A stretch of 55,425 bases of DNA, taken from a virus (taxonomy: Duplodnaviria; Caudoviricetes). Of this stretch, positions 10,113 through 20,450 are shown piece by piece. Position numbers and translations under genes: made by a program. The stretch lies in IMG/VR virus record IMGVR_UViG_3300047089_000323, positions 1-55,425 of that record; one strand, given 5' to 3'. Each line of letters starts with the position of its first letter. Within the stretch, counting starts at the first letter, position 1. The notes below the pieces were generated by a model. It made no database searches and was not told the origin of the DNA. It saw nothing but the letters and a program-made list of their open reading frames with translations.

Positions 10113-11137
10113 AACGACGATCCTATGATAGACGTCACCCCGATCGGTGTGTTGGTCAGAACCTGCCAAGTTTCGCCGCCGTCCAACGAGAATGCGATCG
10201 CGCCAGGACCGTCCGTGTCTTCCGTGGCCCAGCCTCCAGCTACCAACACACCACCGGAGCCCGCTATGCCGGTGAGGGTATAGATACCAGGAATGGAAAC
10301 TTCCGTTGTTGTTCCTATGGCTGCTTGTACAATTTCGGCGGCGTTCTCACCAAAATAGTAAACGATAGAACCACCGTAATCGACAGCCGGCGGATGTGCC
10401 GGTCGCACCACAATTTCATTGACGTTATCTTGCCATATAACGCCGTCCGGTACGGACTGCCCTAATGCGTCAGTACAGTTGTTATGCGAACAATAAAGTG
10501 AAGGGAACTTGGAGCTGCCATGGCCAAGATCCGTAACGCTGGTAGCACTCCACGAAAATCCGTCCAGCGAACCAAACACCTGTTCTTGTTGAATAACGTT
10601 GGGGCCACGACGATCTATAGAAACGTAAGCCTGCGAATAATGGAATTCTCGTAAACTCGGTGTCCATACGATGGCACTCGCTTGCAACAGCTGATTAAGG
10701 TAACTAACAGCTATAGCTTTTTGCTCAAATACATTCTGCCAGTTCAGGCCGTCGCGTGAAGCGTAAACTATAACGTAGTAATTATGGTCTGTAAAAACGT
10801 TTCCATTATCGTCGGAAATATCTACAGGAACTTCTCTACTGCCCAACAACAAAAATACCGGTCTATTTTCATCCTTCATTACGATTATGTTTCTTATGCT
10901 GGCAAAAGAAGCTCCCTGGACCCCAAAGTTAGGCGAATCACCAAATGCCAATGCCGGCTCGTTAGGCAGAACGACGTATTGTATTTCTGGACTTTGATCA
11001 GCGCTGTTTTTAAATTTTACATAAACAACTTCGTTTCCAATTGCCATACCAAAAACAAACACCGCTCCGGTTACACCCTTGTCACGCCAATGCACCCCAA
11101 CAATGCGCTGCAGCCAGTCTTCGCCGTAGTCGGCCAC
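10109..11137 (-). CDS. putative receptor-binding/tail protein with Asp-box (BNR)-like repeats
   Basis: 342 aa; YASRDGLNW, FGSLDGFSW, FSLDGGETW; visibly lower GC than neighbours. Confidence 0.55.
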   Translation of the reverse strand: MADYGEDWLQRIVGVHWRDKGVTGAVFVFGMAIGNEVVYVKFKNSADQSPEIQYVVLPNEPALAFGDSPNFGVQGASFASIRNIIVMKDENRPVFLLLGSREVPVDISDDNGNVFTDHNYYVIVYASRDGLNWQNVFEQKAIAVSYLNQLLQASAIVWTPSLREFHYSQAYVSIDRRGPNVIQQEQVFGSLDGFSWSATSVTDLGHGSSKFPSLYCSHNNCTDALGQSVPDGVIWQDNVNEIVVRPAHPPAVDYGGSIVYYFGENAAEIVQAAIGTTTEVSIPGIYTLTGIAGSGGVLVAGGWATEDTDGPGAIAFSLDGGETWQVLTNTPIGVTSIIGSSF

Positions 11138-11138
11138 G

Positions 11139-11486
11139 CTAGTAGGTCCACTGCCACAGGCCGCCGGTGCTGTCGTCGGCGAATGTCAGGCTGTTGATCC
11201 GCTCCACATCGACCCATTGCTGATTGTCGTTCGGATTGTAGATTCGCACTTTCTGAGTGGTGCGGTTTTGCTCGACCCATTGCGGCATCGGGTCCAGATA
11301 GTTGTTGATGTTGATCAGTTGGTTGATGGCGCGAAGGGCCGACGGCAGGTCGGTCGCGGGCGGGATTGCCGAAGGCTTGGTCGGCGGCTGGCCGGGAATC
11401 GGCTGGCTGCGCACGATCGGGCAGGTCGGCGCGACGCTGCCGTTCATCTGCACAGGACGCACCGGCGGACGGATCATGCGTAACAT
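11139..11486 (-). CDS. virion protein, hypothetical
   Basis: 115 aa; AAAGGAGGAG SD; within the tail operon. Confidence 0.7.
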   Translation of the reverse strand: MLRMIRPPVRPVQMNGSVAPTCPIVRSQPIPGQPPTKPSAIPPATDLPSALRAINQLININNYLDPMPQWVEQNRTTQKVRIYNPNDNQQWVDVERINSLTFADDSTGGLWQWTY

Positions 11487-11498
11487 CTGGCTCCTCCT

Positions 11499-13760
11499 TT
11501 AGACCAGCCCAAGCTCACGTACGCTCGTGGCGATCTGCGCGTTGCTGATCGAGATGCGGCCTTCGATTTCTATTTGCAGCGTTTCATATTTGCCGCCTGA
11601 ATAGATGCGCAGCAGCTCGCCGCTTTTCCGGATTTCCCTCGTGGTGAAAAGCTGGTCGTCGGCGAACACGCGTACAATCCCGAACTGGTTGTCGCCCAGT
11701 GCCGGTTGTGGCTCGGCCGTGTTTCGATCTATCTGCGGCGGCGTGGTGGACGGCACATCGAACCAGACTTTCATCGCGGAAAAGTTTTTGGCTGATTGCG
11801 ATTGGAATTTTTTCGATCTCCACTTATACGGAACGATTACTGGGTTTTGATCGGTGAAGTCATAGTACCAAATCCCGCCGTTTTGTATCAGTAGCCCGGT
11901 CCCGGTCCAGGGGTCCAACAACACATTGTCGATTGCGTAACCGTTTGGGCTGCTGAGTTCTGAAAACCCAAGTCGGTGGCCGCCGGCTTGGGGCCAAATC
12001 GTAAAGCTGGTCTGGTCTTGTGACGAAAGTTCGACAGTGAAGCCCTGATGTGCGACTGATGTATCCGCGCCGGATGTTGTCCCAAAGCCGTAGTAGCTCG
12101 TCGCAAGTTTTACTGACCTTACGTATTGGTGTGGCGTCAATGCCTGCCATTTCTCGCGTGAAATCCAGCCCTCGGTGACGTTTGATCCGGCGCCGGACTG
12201 GCTGATCTGCACCAGCCCGTTCTGCGACACGTAAAGCACCGTTGTGTCGGTCGCGACGATGCTGCCTCTATGGAGACACGGCTCCGGCAGGTTGATCTTG
12301 ATGATCGACATCGCCGACGGATTGATGCCGGTGATGACGTAGGGTGTGCCTTGCGTACACACCACGATCGCCTGTCCGCAGACGCCCAGCCCGACCACCG
12401 GATACTCGGTCGCCAGCACGTAGTTCGGCGGCCAGGCGTGCGGCCGGTAGGGCTCGCTGAACCAGATTTCGTTCGATTGCCAGCCGACGGTGATGCCATT
12501 GGGGAATGTCACCAAACCCTGCAGGTCGCTCGGTGGTGGAAACCAGTACAACGATTGCAGTTGTGCATTGAGCGCCACTACGTCATCGCCGATCGTGTCT
12601 TCGTAGATTTCCTGGGTGACCGGGATCTCGGCGACGAAGAAATAGGTGCCCTGCCCGGATTGGTTGGTGATGCTGCGGTAGATGCGGGTATGGGTGATGT
12701 TGCGGTCGACGCCCATGTTCTCGGGCTCGGGCTGGAATACCGATACGGTCCAGGTGGCGTTCGACCAGCCGTTGACCACGGCGGGAGGCGATGGCGGGCC
12801 TTCTTCGCCGTACTCTGTCACCCAGGTGTAGACGTAGGCGCGTGCCGTGAACACTGACGCACCGAGAAGATCGCTCCAGAGCTGCCAGGTCGGCTGTCCG
12901 CCGTCCGCCACGATCGGATCGGGCGGCCCGTTGGAGAACGTGTTGAATGCCATGGCGCCAGGATTGGCGCGGGTGTCGGCGACCGTCACCTCCATGGCGT
13001 TGTCGTGGGCGATGCCGATCCAGTAGGTGACATCGCTGATTACCGAGACGCCGTTGGTGATCGTGCTGATGGCGGTCGTACCGGCCGAAACGCCGGTGAC
13101 GATGTTGCCGATGCCCAAAAGCTGATCCGGCGCGCCGCTGGCGTCGCTGTAGACCACGGCCTGGAACTGCAGCGTGCCGTCGGTCGACGCCGGCATGAAG
13201 CTCACCGACTGCACGATCAGCGTGCCGTCGGGGATGACCGGGATGAGAAAGACCGAGTTGCCCGGCCGGAAGTCGGAGGCGCCGGCGCCGGGAAACACTG
13301 TCGAATCGCCGACCTGGATGGTGTCGCCTCCGCCGGTGACGGTTACCCCTGGGTTGCAGCCGGACGCTGGCACGCCGAGCAGCCAGGGCGGATCGCCGTT
13401 CAAGATGCGATCATAGGTGTTGTACGACGGGGGCGTGGAGGGAGAGGCCCAATAGTATCTTTGAAAGCTATCATCCACGACTGGCGACTTGATGACCAGT
13501 GTATCTGCGTCTTCAAATTCCATGAAGAACGAATTAGGGGCGGTGATCGAGGTGTCGTTGGGGGCCTCATTGAGAATGCGATAGACATATTTAGCAGCGG
13601 AGTTTTTCAGGGCGCGAAGTAATTTTGGCTGACGCCAGCCAATCAGATTGCCGCCTATGAGGTAGCAGTTGATGGATAGATCAGCCTGGGTCGGCGGAAG
13701 TAGCCGGCTGTCCCACGCGGGGATCATCCCGCCGAAACTATCGATCTTGATGGCGGACAT
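11499..13760 (-). CDS. tail tubular/nozzle (stabilisation) protein
   Basis: Start MSAIKIDSFGGMIP; RAYVYTWVTEYGEEGPPS, EIWFSEPYRPHAWP and YKWRSKKF match podovirus-type nozzle proteins. Confidence 0.75.
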   Translation of the reverse strand: MSAIKIDSFGGMIPAWDSRLLPPTQADLSINCYLIGGNLIGWRQPKLLRALKNSAAKYVYRILNEAPNDTSITAPNSFFMEFEDADTLVIKSPVVDDSFQRYYWASPSTPPSYNTYDRILNGDPPWLLGVPASGCNPGVTVTGGGDTIQVGDSTVFPGAGASDFRPGNSVFLIPVIPDGTLIVQSVSFMPASTDGTLQFQAVVYSDASGAPDQLLGIGNIVTGVSAGTTAISTITNGVSVISDVTYWIGIAHDNAMEVTVADTRANPGAMAFNTFSNGPPDPIVADGGQPTWQLWSDLLGASVFTARAYVYTWVTEYGEEGPPSPPAVVNGWSNATWTVSVFQPEPENMGVDRNITHTRIYRSITNQSGQGTYFFVAEIPVTQEIYEDTIGDDVVALNAQLQSLYWFPPPSDLQGLVTFPNGITVGWQSNEIWFSEPYRPHAWPPNYVLATEYPVVGLGVCGQAIVVCTQGTPYVITGINPSAMSIIKINLPEPCLHRGSIVATDTTVLYVSQNGLVQISQSGAGSNVTEGWISREKWQALTPHQYVRSVKLATSYYGFGTTSGADTSVAHQGFTVELSSQDQTSFTIWPQAGGHRLGFSELSSPNGYAIDNVLLDPWTGTGLLIQNGGIWYYDFTDQNPVIVPYKWRSKKFQSQSAKNFSAMKVWFDVPSTTPPQIDRNTAEPQPALGDNQFGIVRVFADDQLFTTREIRKSGELLRIYSGGKYETLQIEIEGRISISNAQIATSVRELGLV

Positions 13761-13860
13761 GGTTACACCCGAATGCAAGGCGCAGCGGGATCAACGCTCT
13801 CCGGCGCCGATCCCGCCACTTGGCTTCGAACTGGTGGTAGCAGTGCGAGGCCCGGTCGAC

Positions 13861-14358
13861 TCATTGCCGCTTTCCCAAGGTTGCGCCGCTGGCGGGATAG
13901 ACTTCATTTTGCCCAGGGTTCGGGTGATGAACAGCTTGCATCGTTCCCAACCGCTCCCGCTCATCGGCTTCGATCTTCGCCGCGTTGGCGCGATTGCGCT
14001 CGCGCTCGGCTTCGGCCTTGGCAACCGCGGCGCGGCCGGCTTCCTGCTCCGCATTCAACTCCTGGATCATCCGCTCCGTGCGATGCGCGACCGGGGCGAT
14101 CTCGACCGGCTTTTCCTCGCGCATGCGCCGGATTTCACCCAGCAGTTGCTCGCGGCTTTCCAGCTCGGAAATGGAAGCCGCCGCCCGGCTCAGGTCTTCG
14201 TCGGTCTGCTTGCGCGCCTCCGCCTCTTGCTTGGCGCGGTGGGCTTTCTGGTGCTCGGCCGCCTCCTCCTGCTCGCGCTCGATGCGCGCGGACTCCTCGC
14301 GGATCATGGCGGCACGAGCTTGCGCGGATACGATCGAGTCGGAAGGCTTCTCGGTCAC
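13861..14358 (-). CDS. coiled-coil hypothetical protein
   Basis: GTG start at 14358 with AAGGAG SD; Glu/Arg/Ala-rich. Confidence 0.65.
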   Translation of the reverse strand: MTEKPSDSIVSAQARAAMIREESARIEREQEEAAEHQKAHRAKQEAEARKQTDEDLSRAAASISELESREQLLGEIRRMREEKPVEIAPVAHRTERMIQELNAEQEAGRAAVAKAEAERERNRANAAKIEADERERLGTMQAVHHPNPGQNEVYPASGATLGKRQ

Positions 14359-14371
14359 AGCGATCTCCTTC

Positions 14372-14656
14372 TCACGGCGCGACAACGGTATAGGATATCG
14401 AGTCATTTTTGATGTTCCCGAATGAGTCTTCCATCACGATCGACGCCATCAGCGTTTCACCCGCCTCGCCGCCGCTCAGGAAGAAAACCACCTCCCGCCC
14501 GAGCACGGTGACGGACGCCGGGTCGATTGTGCAAGTGACCGATGGCGTCGTGATCTCCGCGCTGACGATGGTGGCGGCGTTGTCGAGCCAGCGGGTGTAG
14601 TCCAGCGTCCAGCGGGTGGTGTTGCCGGCGGTGTGAGTCTTACTGGCCAAAATCAT
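14372..14656 (-). CDS. small beta-rich virion (fibre-adaptor-like) protein
   Basis: 94 aa; WTLDYTRWL...VVFFLSGG pattern common in phage tail regions. Confidence 0.6.
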   Translation of the reverse strand: MILASKTHTAGNTTRWTLDYTRWLDNAATIVSAEITTPSVTCTIDPASVTVLGREVVFFLSGGEAGETLMASIVMEDSFGNIKNDSISYTVVAP

Positions 14657-14768
14657 CGCCGTGTACCTCCACTATTCGCACCTCGCCCGGCACGACAATC
14701 ACGAAGTCCTCGTCCGGCAGGATGATCACGCGGATTTCTTCCGGCACGATGATTTTGTCCTCGGTCAT
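14640..14768 (-). CDS. small acidic/hydrophobic peptide
   Basis: 42 aa translated by hand ([35 protein letters not shown]...); ATGA coupling; GGAGG SD. Confidence 0.5.
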   Translation of the reverse strand: MTEDKIIVPEEIRVIILPDEDFVIVVPGEVRIVEVHGDDFGQ

Positions 14769-14932
14769 CGTAGTTTTTCCTCCAACGCCGCTACCCGTGC
14801 GGTCAGTACCTGCACGGCTTCTTGCAAAGCCGCCAGCGTCACCATTGAAGCCGCCGGCCCGGTCGGCCCGGTCATGCCGGCGACGACTACCGGAAACGCC
14901 TTGACGGGTGCGGCGGGGATCACGTTAGCCAT
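14765..14932 (-). CDS. short fibre-related protein with PVVV motif and GPT triplets
   Basis: 55 aa translated by hand: [29 protein letters not shown]...LEEKLR. Confidence 0.6.
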   Translation of the reverse strand: MANVIPAAPVKAFPVVVAGMTGPTGPAASMVTLAALQEAVQVLTARVAALEEKLR

Positions 14933-15650
14933 TAGAAATCTCGACCACGGAAAATTGCACGTCCTTGATTGTCGCTCCGCCGCCGGTCACCGCGACAATG
15001 GATAGATCGAACCAGGTCACAGCGCCGACCGTCAGCCCGAATATCACTCCGTGTAGGCAGAAGCCCTGCTGTCCGGCCGTGGTCGAGGCCACGAAATGCT
15101 GCGGAACGCTGAAGGCGGTGCCGAGACCGGAGGTGTCGCCATTGGCGGGCGGCGTTCCGGCGCCGTGGCGGCCAGTAATGGTTACGCCGTCCCCAGCCGC
15201 CGACGAATTGAGCGCCACCCCGGACATCAGCACCAGCACCACGCCGGTATTGACCGGACTGATAGAGAAGCTTGAACCGAGCCCCATGGCCTTCTCGGTC
15301 GTGGACACGTTGCCCGCCGGGCTGGTGGCCTGGGCATCGTTCCAGGTGAGGGCCGACGCTCCGGCTCCGGCCGGTCCGGTTGGTCCGGTCACGCCGGTTG
15401 CGCCTGGGCCGACAGAGCCCGGCGGTCCGGTCATTCCGGTCGGTCCGGTGAACGCGCCGGCGCCGGTGGCTCCGGTGTGACCCGTTGGTCCGAGGGGGCC
15501 GGTAGGGCCAGCAATTCCGGTCGGGCCGGTTACGGACGGGCCTGTTGCTCCGCTCGGGCCTGTGGGGCCGCCGCTGGGACCAGTATGCCCAGTAATGACC
15601 ACGACTGGCTGAGCCATAACTGGGGCTGGGGTATTGCTTTGTGTTGCCAT
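14925..15650 (-). CDS. collagen-like (G-X-T) fibre protein
   Basis: GPT/GAT triplet run followed by a beta-rich C-terminal domain. Confidence 0.8.
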   Translation of the reverse strand: MATQSNTPAPVMAQPVVVITGHTGPSGGPTGPSGATGPSVTGPTGIAGPTGPLGPTGHTGATGAGAFTGPTGMTGPPGSVGPGATGVTGPTGPAGAGASALTWNDAQATSPAGNVSTTEKAMGLGSSFSISPVNTGVVLVLMSGVALNSSAAGDGVTITGRHGAGTPPANGDTSGLGTAFSVPQHFVASTTAGQQGFCLHGVIFGLTVGAVTWFDLSIVAVTGGGATIKDVQFSVVEISNG

Positions 15651-15654
15651 GGCG

Positions 15655-17472
15655 TTAGCTCAGCTGCACTGATGGATCGATGTAAACTGTCATCGAAGGC
15701 TTCGCGGCCCGCACCCGCGCGTGCAGGTAGCCGGCGAGGCCGGGCTGCGGCGACGACAGCACGGCCACGAGCTTGAACGGCGACCAGCCGGCGCCCGAAC
15801 CGCCGCTATTCCATGTCGACCCGTCCGAGGCGACCGCCGCGTTCGCCGCCAGTAAGTTGGTCTTGGTCGTAGACAAAATCGTGCCCAGCGGCGACGTGGC
15901 CGAGCCGAGGTATTCAACTTCAAGCCAGATATCATCGTTGTTCGGCAATGTCCCCGCGTTGATGGTGCCGCACACCGTCACCGTGACGTTGGCGCCGGCG
16001 GTCGGGTTCCAGATCGCGTAGGGTTCGGCCTTGAACGGCCGCAGCCATTGCGCGTTGGCGGTGGTCACGATCTTGCGCGACTGCGCCTGCCCGGTCGGAT
16101 CGGAAGCGCCGCCGACGCGGGTGATCGATGTCTCGGTGGTCTCGGCGCCCTCGTATTGATAGCGCGCAGACTTGTAGCCGGTGGCGCCGCTGTCGGATCG
16201 GACAATCTGCACGGTCTGGCCGTTGTTTGAGGCAACCGAAACCGCGGCGGTGGCATTCAGTTTGCAATCCTTGATCAAAACATTGCCGACAGAGGTCGAC
16301 GCGCTATTGGAAAATATGTTGCCGGTAATCTGGCTGAGATCGAGCGCTTCCAATGCGATACTCAATAGATTGGCAACCGAACTTGCCAGCGAGATCAGCG
16401 TGGTCGGCACCGACGAGCCGCTCGCCAACACCGATCCGGTGCTGCCCCAGTAAAAAACCGCGACATTGACGCCCATCGCTTGCGCGGCATTGCCGAAGCT
16501 GACCGTCGTTGCAATCAACGTGATGACGGCGCCTTGGCTGGTCGATCCCAGTGAAATGCTCACGCCAAGCGCGGCTGATGTGCTGGCACAACGCAGAGAA
16601 CAACCGGCAAAAATCACCGAGGCGCCCGCCGAAGTTGTAACCGCTATGCTTCCCGCCCCAGAAGAGCCGACGCCGGCAATGAAACTCAGGCCGTAAAAGT
16701 ATGTGGTCCCGACCGGGATCGTCAGCCCGAGGTTGACAGCGGCTGTCGTCGAAACCGATGCCCCGGTGGCCAAGTCACTCGCCGTCGGCGGGTAACTGCC
16801 GGAATGATTATGACAGATGATCTTGGCAACCGCCGTCGCGGTGCCGGCGGCACTGATGTTAATGGCCGTCGCCTGCGTCTCGGCGTGGTTGTCGCCGACA
16901 TAGACGGTGTTGCCTGCTGCGAACCAGGTGCCGGCGCAGGCATTGGCCAGCCGCGCGTGCGGGGCCTGCCCGCCGGTGAAGTTCCCCACTGCCCCCAGGC
17001 AGGTCCACGTCACCGTGCTGTCGGTCTGCGTCGTGCCGGCCGTGTTGTTCGACCATGCCGGTTCGGACGCCCCTGTGCTGCCGGCCGTCGAGCATATCCA
17101 ATAGCTCGCGCCATTATTGCGCTGGATGATCGCTCCGAGCGTGACTGCTGAACTGATCGCCTTGAAGCCGCTCCATGTCGGCGTATTCGTTAGATCGCCA
17201 TTGACCGCGGACGCCCCGGTGCATTCCTGAAACGTCACCGTGCCGGACGTGTTCTTGGCCCCACGCGTCACCGTCCACGATGGCTCGGTGCTGGAAGTAC
17301 CGGCGACGATAACGACGAACACCCGTTCGTTGCCGACCGTCGGTGCGGTGAGCTGGCGAACTAATTGTCCGGCGGAATAGGCGGTGGATGCGGCGAACTT
17401 CGCTACTGCGTAGTGACCTGTCGTGCTTTGGTCGCCCGCGTTGGCGTACCAAGTGGTGTCGGCGAAGGCCAT
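15655..17472 (-). CDS. tail fibre/spike protein
   Basis: 605 aa, Thr/Ser/Ala/Gly-rich; two N-terminal repeats ([10 protein letters not shown] / [11 protein letters not shown]) and a beta-helix-like centre. Confidence 0.7.
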   Translation of the reverse strand: MAFADTTWYANAGDQSTTGHYAVAKFAASTAYSAGQLVRQLTAPTVGNERVFVVIVAGTSSTEPSWTVTRGAKNTSGTVTFQECTGASAVNGDLTNTPTWSGFKAISSAVTLGAIIQRNNGASYWICSTAGSTGASEPAWSNNTAGTTQTDSTVTWTCLGAVGNFTGGQAPHARLANACAGTWFAAGNTVYVGDNHAETQATAINISAAGTATAVAKIICHNHSGSYPPTASDLATGASVSTTAAVNLGLTIPVGTTYFYGLSFIAGVGSSGAGSIAVTTSAGASVIFAGCSLRCASTSAALGVSISLGSTSQGAVITLIATTVSFGNAAQAMGVNVAVFYWGSTGSVLASGSSVPTTLISLASSVANLLSIALEALDLSQITGNIFSNSASTSVGNVLIKDCKLNATAAVSVASNNGQTVQIVRSDSGATGYKSARYQYEGAETTETSITRVGGASDPTGQAQSRKIVTTANAQWLRPFKAEPYAIWNPTAGANVTVTVCGTINAGTLPNNDDIWLEVEYLGSATSPLGTILSTTKTNLLAANAAVASDGSTWNSGGSGAGWSPFKLVAVLSSPQPGLAGYLHARVRAAKPSMTVYIDPSVQLS

Positions 17473-17943
17473 CTAAAACAATCCTCCGGCGATTATAACC
17501 GTAGAGTAGGGTCCGGTCATTCCCATCGCCCCAGTCGCGCCCGTCACACCAGCACTGCCCACCGCTCCCGTTGGCCCAGTCGCGCCAGCGCTGCCTACTC
17601 CGCCGACGCTACCAGCCAATCCCGTTGGTCCCGTTGCACCGGCTGATCCAGGCGTGCCGGGCGTTCCTGCCGATCCTTGGGCGCCAGTCGGTCCAGTGGC
17701 TCCTGCACTCCCTGCTCCACCTGCTGATCCTGCACTTCCCGTCGGCCCGGTCGAACCATCACTTCCCGCGGCACCCGATGCTCCGGTCGGTCCAGTCGGT
17801 CCGGTGTCGCCCGCGCCACCCGTTCCGCCACCGCCTCCACCAGCCACCAGCCACACGCCCTGCGCCGAGAACACGTAGGTCACGCCGCCATACGTGTAGG
17901 TCTGGCCGGTCGTAGGGCTTGATGGGAAGTCGATGCCGGCCAT
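17473..17943 (-). CDS. collagen-like fibre protein
   Basis: Start [20 protein letters not shown] (TGATG coupling), then G-X-T/G-X-A triplets. Confidence 0.75.
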   Translation of the reverse strand: MAGIDFPSSPTTGQTYTYGGVTYVFSAQGVWLVAGGGGGGTGGAGDTGPTGPTGASGAAGSDGSTGPTGSAGSAGGAGSAGATGPTGAQGSAGTPGTPGSAGATGPTGLAGSVGGVGSAGATGPTGAVGSAGVTGATGAMGMTGPYSTVIIAGGLF

Positions 17944-18629
17944 CACCATGGCCCTCCGGGGTAGAGCAGCGTCACCGCAGCAGTCACGACGATCGAGCCG
18001 CCGCCTCCACCCGGTGCCACCTGCACCCACTGCGAGGAGGTGCCGTCATTGACGTAGATCGCCAGCACGCCGGTCGAGAGGTCGTACCAGAGCGCGCCCG
18101 GCACCGGGGACGAGGGCGGTGTTGCCGACTCCGTGTAGCTGCCGGCCCCCACCGGACCGGTTGCTCCGGTTGCGCCTGATCCCGTCGGGCCGGTCGGTCC
18201 GACGCCCCATGGCCCGGTAGGACCAACGGGACCGCCGGCGCCCGTCGCACCAAAACCCGTCGGGCCAGTGGGGCCGAGCAGTCCCTGTGCGCCTGTGGGT
18301 CCGGTCGCGCCGAAGCCGGTCGCGCCGGTGCCGCCGACGGCTCCGGTCGAGCCTGTGGGGCCGCTGCTTGGCCCCGTGGCGCCTGTGGGTCCGGTTATTC
18401 CGCTCGGCGGGCCACTCGGCCCCGTGGGGCCTGCTGGCCCTAGCGGTGCACCTGGACCCGTTGGACCAGTCGCACCACTTGGGCCGATAACGGCGGCACC
18501 TGTCGGTCCAGTTGCAGCCGGCCCCGGCGGCCCAGATGGACCGGTCGGGCCGCCAATCGTTACGCCCTCTTTAACAACGACAACAGGTCGTGTGGCGATT
18601 GGCGCGGGATCGCTGTCGATGATCGGCAT
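17943..18629 (-). CDS. collagen-like (G-X-T) fibre protein
   Basis: Long GPT/GAT run; C-terminal [13 protein letters not shown]...WVQV module. Confidence 0.8.
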   Translation of the reverse strand: MPIIDSDPAPIATRPVVVVKEGVTIGGPTGPSGPPGPAATGPTGAAVIGPSGATGPTGPGAPLGPAGPTGPSGPPSGITGPTGATGPSSGPTGSTGAVGGTGATGFGATGPTGAQGLLGPTGPTGFGATGAGGPVGPTGPWGVGPTGPTGSGATGATGPVGAGSYTESATPPSSPVPGALWYDLSTGVLAIYVNDGTSSQWVQVAPGGGGGSIVVTAAVTLLYPGGPW

Positions 18630-19028
18630 CTAACCGACCGCGGGAAATGTCACGCCTCGCACAACAAAAAGCGACCCGTGCATAAGCGGGACGCGTGTGT
18701 CGGAGGCGTCGACCATCACGAGGTCGTAGAGATATGCCCCAGGCTTCAGACTGCCCTGGATGTCCTCCGGCGTGACGTTGAAGTGAATGACCCTCTGCAC
18801 GGAGTCGTCGATGATGATCCGGCTGTTGTCGGTAGTGAGAGAAAGCAGCGGCACGGCGTCATAGCGGTTGAGTTGGACATCCATCTCGAACTTCTGTCCG
18901 TCGAGCGTCCAGGTCTCGTCTGCGTCGGTTGGATCGCCAAACTGAAACGCGTCTTGCCATGTCCCATTATCGTCGATCCGCAGATCGACCCGCGCCGAGG
19001 TGACGCTGTGGGCGTCCTCCCATTTCAT
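18630..19028 (-). CDS. virion protein, BppU-N-like fibre attachment domain
   Basis: ATGA-coupled start MKWEDAH; ...GAYLYDLVMVD...VPLMHG pattern. Confidence 0.6.
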   Translation of the reverse strand: MKWEDAHSVTSARVDLRIDDNGTWQDAFQFGDPTDADETWTLDGQKFEMDVQLNRYDAVPLLSLTTDNSRIIIDDSVQRVIHFNVTPEDIQGSLKPGAYLYDLVMVDASDTRVPLMHGSLFVVRGVTFPAVG

Positions 19029-19672
19029 CGCAGCGTCCTCGGATTGAGGTTGAAGGTGCTCACCCCGCCGCGCTGGCCGGTGACGCGGAACTGCTGCGGA
19101 TACGCCCACGCTTGCGAGCCGATGGTGTTGGCGCGAGTGGCGGCAATTCTGGCCTTGGCGATCGCGTCACGGAATTTCGCCAGATGGAATTGAGCCAGCG
19201 CCTGGTTGGAATAACTCTGCCCCGGCTGCAGCATCATGCCGCCGAGCAGGCCATGCAAAATCCCGAGCCCGTGCGCCGGCAGTACCCATTCCGGGATATG
19301 CGGCGGAGAGCAGAGAAACGGATCGGTCACCGTCTTGACGATGGAGGCCGTCATCGGCTGGGTGTTGGTGTACGGATAGAGGAACTGCACCGTGCCGATC
19401 GTCGGCATCACCGCCGGCTGCGCCACGTTGTTCTGATCGATGACGCCGTTGAGCCGCAGAATGCGGCCGGTGACGGGAATAAGCTGGTAGGTCTGCGTGT
19501 CCGGCACCACCACGAAATCGATCGCCTCACGCCAGCAGTTCGAGCCGTCGAAGAACTCCTCCAGCGTGTCGAAGAGCTGGGCCCTGATGGCGGCGTCCGA
19601 TGCGCCGGTCAGCGACACCTGTACCTGTGCGATCACTTTGGCCCAATACCGGTCGCCGTCGTGCCTGCTCAT
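19025..19672 (-). CDS. head-tail adaptor / tail tubular protein A-like
   Basis: 215 aa; EFFDGSNCWRE...LMLQPGQSYSN pattern; position after the capsid gene. Confidence 0.65.
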   Translation of the reverse strand: MSRHDGDRYWAKVIAQVQVSLTGASDAAIRAQLFDTLEEFFDGSNCWREAIDFVVVPDTQTYQLIPVTGRILRLNGVIDQNNVAQPAVMPTIGTVQFLYPYTNTQPMTASIVKTVTDPFLCSPPHIPEWVLPAHGLGILHGLLGGMMLQPGQSYSNQALAQFHLAKFRDAIAKARIAATRANTIGSQAWAYPQQFRVTGQRGGVSTFNLNPRTLR

Positions 19673-20130
19673 TGTCCCTGACCTTGCTGGTCACGCCCAG
19701 GCCCGGAACCGCCGGCAAGCCCCGGCAGCGCGCGCCCGACCAGCCCGATCGAGAACAGGTTCAGGTAGCTGGTGGCGAGCTGGTTCATGACGTCTTCCTG
19801 ATCGCGCTCGAGCGCGTGCGCGCACAAGCCGTGCAGGATCGCCAGCCGGAACTGCGGCTCCATCTCCACATAGGTGTCGTCGACCGCGGTGAAGGCCTGG
19901 GTCTGTCCGTGCGCCGCCAGGTTGAACACGAACAGGTCGGCGCGCAGCCGGCGCGCTTCCAGCAGCGTGATGTTGAGCGCGGTCAGCAGCGACGGGTCGT
20001 CGTAGCGATAGGGCGGGATGATGTCCTGCAGCAGCGTGCGGGCGTCGGCGATGTAGTCCGCCACCGAGTTCAGCGTCGGCTGGTCCTTGTTACTGTAATT
20101 GCCGAAGTAACTGGCGCTGATAGCCATCAC
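19669..20130 (-). CDS. head-tail connector (adaptor) protein
   Basis: VADYIADARTLLQD...RYDDPSLLTALN...RRLRADLF resembles phage adaptor N-termini. Confidence 0.65.
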   Translation of the reverse strand: MMAISASYFGNYSNKDQPTLNSVADYIADARTLLQDIIPPYRYDDPSLLTALNITLLEARRLRADLFVFNLAAHGQTQAFTAVDDTYVEMEPQFRLAILHGLCAHALERDQEDVMNQLATSYLNLFSIGLVGRALPGLAGGSGPGRDQQGQGQ

Positions 20131-20171
20131 GCTCGCTCCGCCGGGTGCCGGCGAAAGCCTAATGGGGAAAT

Positions 20172-20187
20172 GTTAAGGAATGCTTAA
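20172..20187 (-). promoter_or_regulatory. CtrA box TTAA-N7-TTAAC
   Basis: TTAA GCATTCC TTAAC on the minus strand, identical to the box at 10097-10112. Confidence 0.7.
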
Positions 20188-20450
20188 GGGGTGTCTTCGA
20201 GCTTACGCAGTCGATCCTGCACGCCGACCATCCAACGGTGGATCGCCTGCAATTCGGTTAGGACGTCGGTCAGCGTGTGATCGACCCGCATGGCCAGGGA
20301 CGAGGACACCCGCATGTCGTCGTTCAATCGCTGCACGTCGCGTTGCAGGACGGTGATGCCTTTGGCAAGCACCGGAATGCCTTCCACCAAAGGAAGTATG
20401 GCGTCGAGCTTGCGATTGATGGCGTCGAGATCGACCGGGGTGTCAGGCAT
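20184..20450 (-). CDS. coiled-coil hypothetical protein
   Basis: 88 aa with heptad pattern; similar to 38072-38395. Confidence 0.7.
   Translation of the reverse strand: MPDTPVDLDAINRKLDAILPLVEGIPVLAKGITVLQRDVQRLNDDMRVSSSLAMRVDHTLTDVLTELQAIHRWMVGVQDRLRKLEDTP

Noticed and set aside
10109-18629. Diversity-generating retroelement acting on fibre genes
   Set aside because: No reverse transcriptase and no template/variable repeat pair seen.
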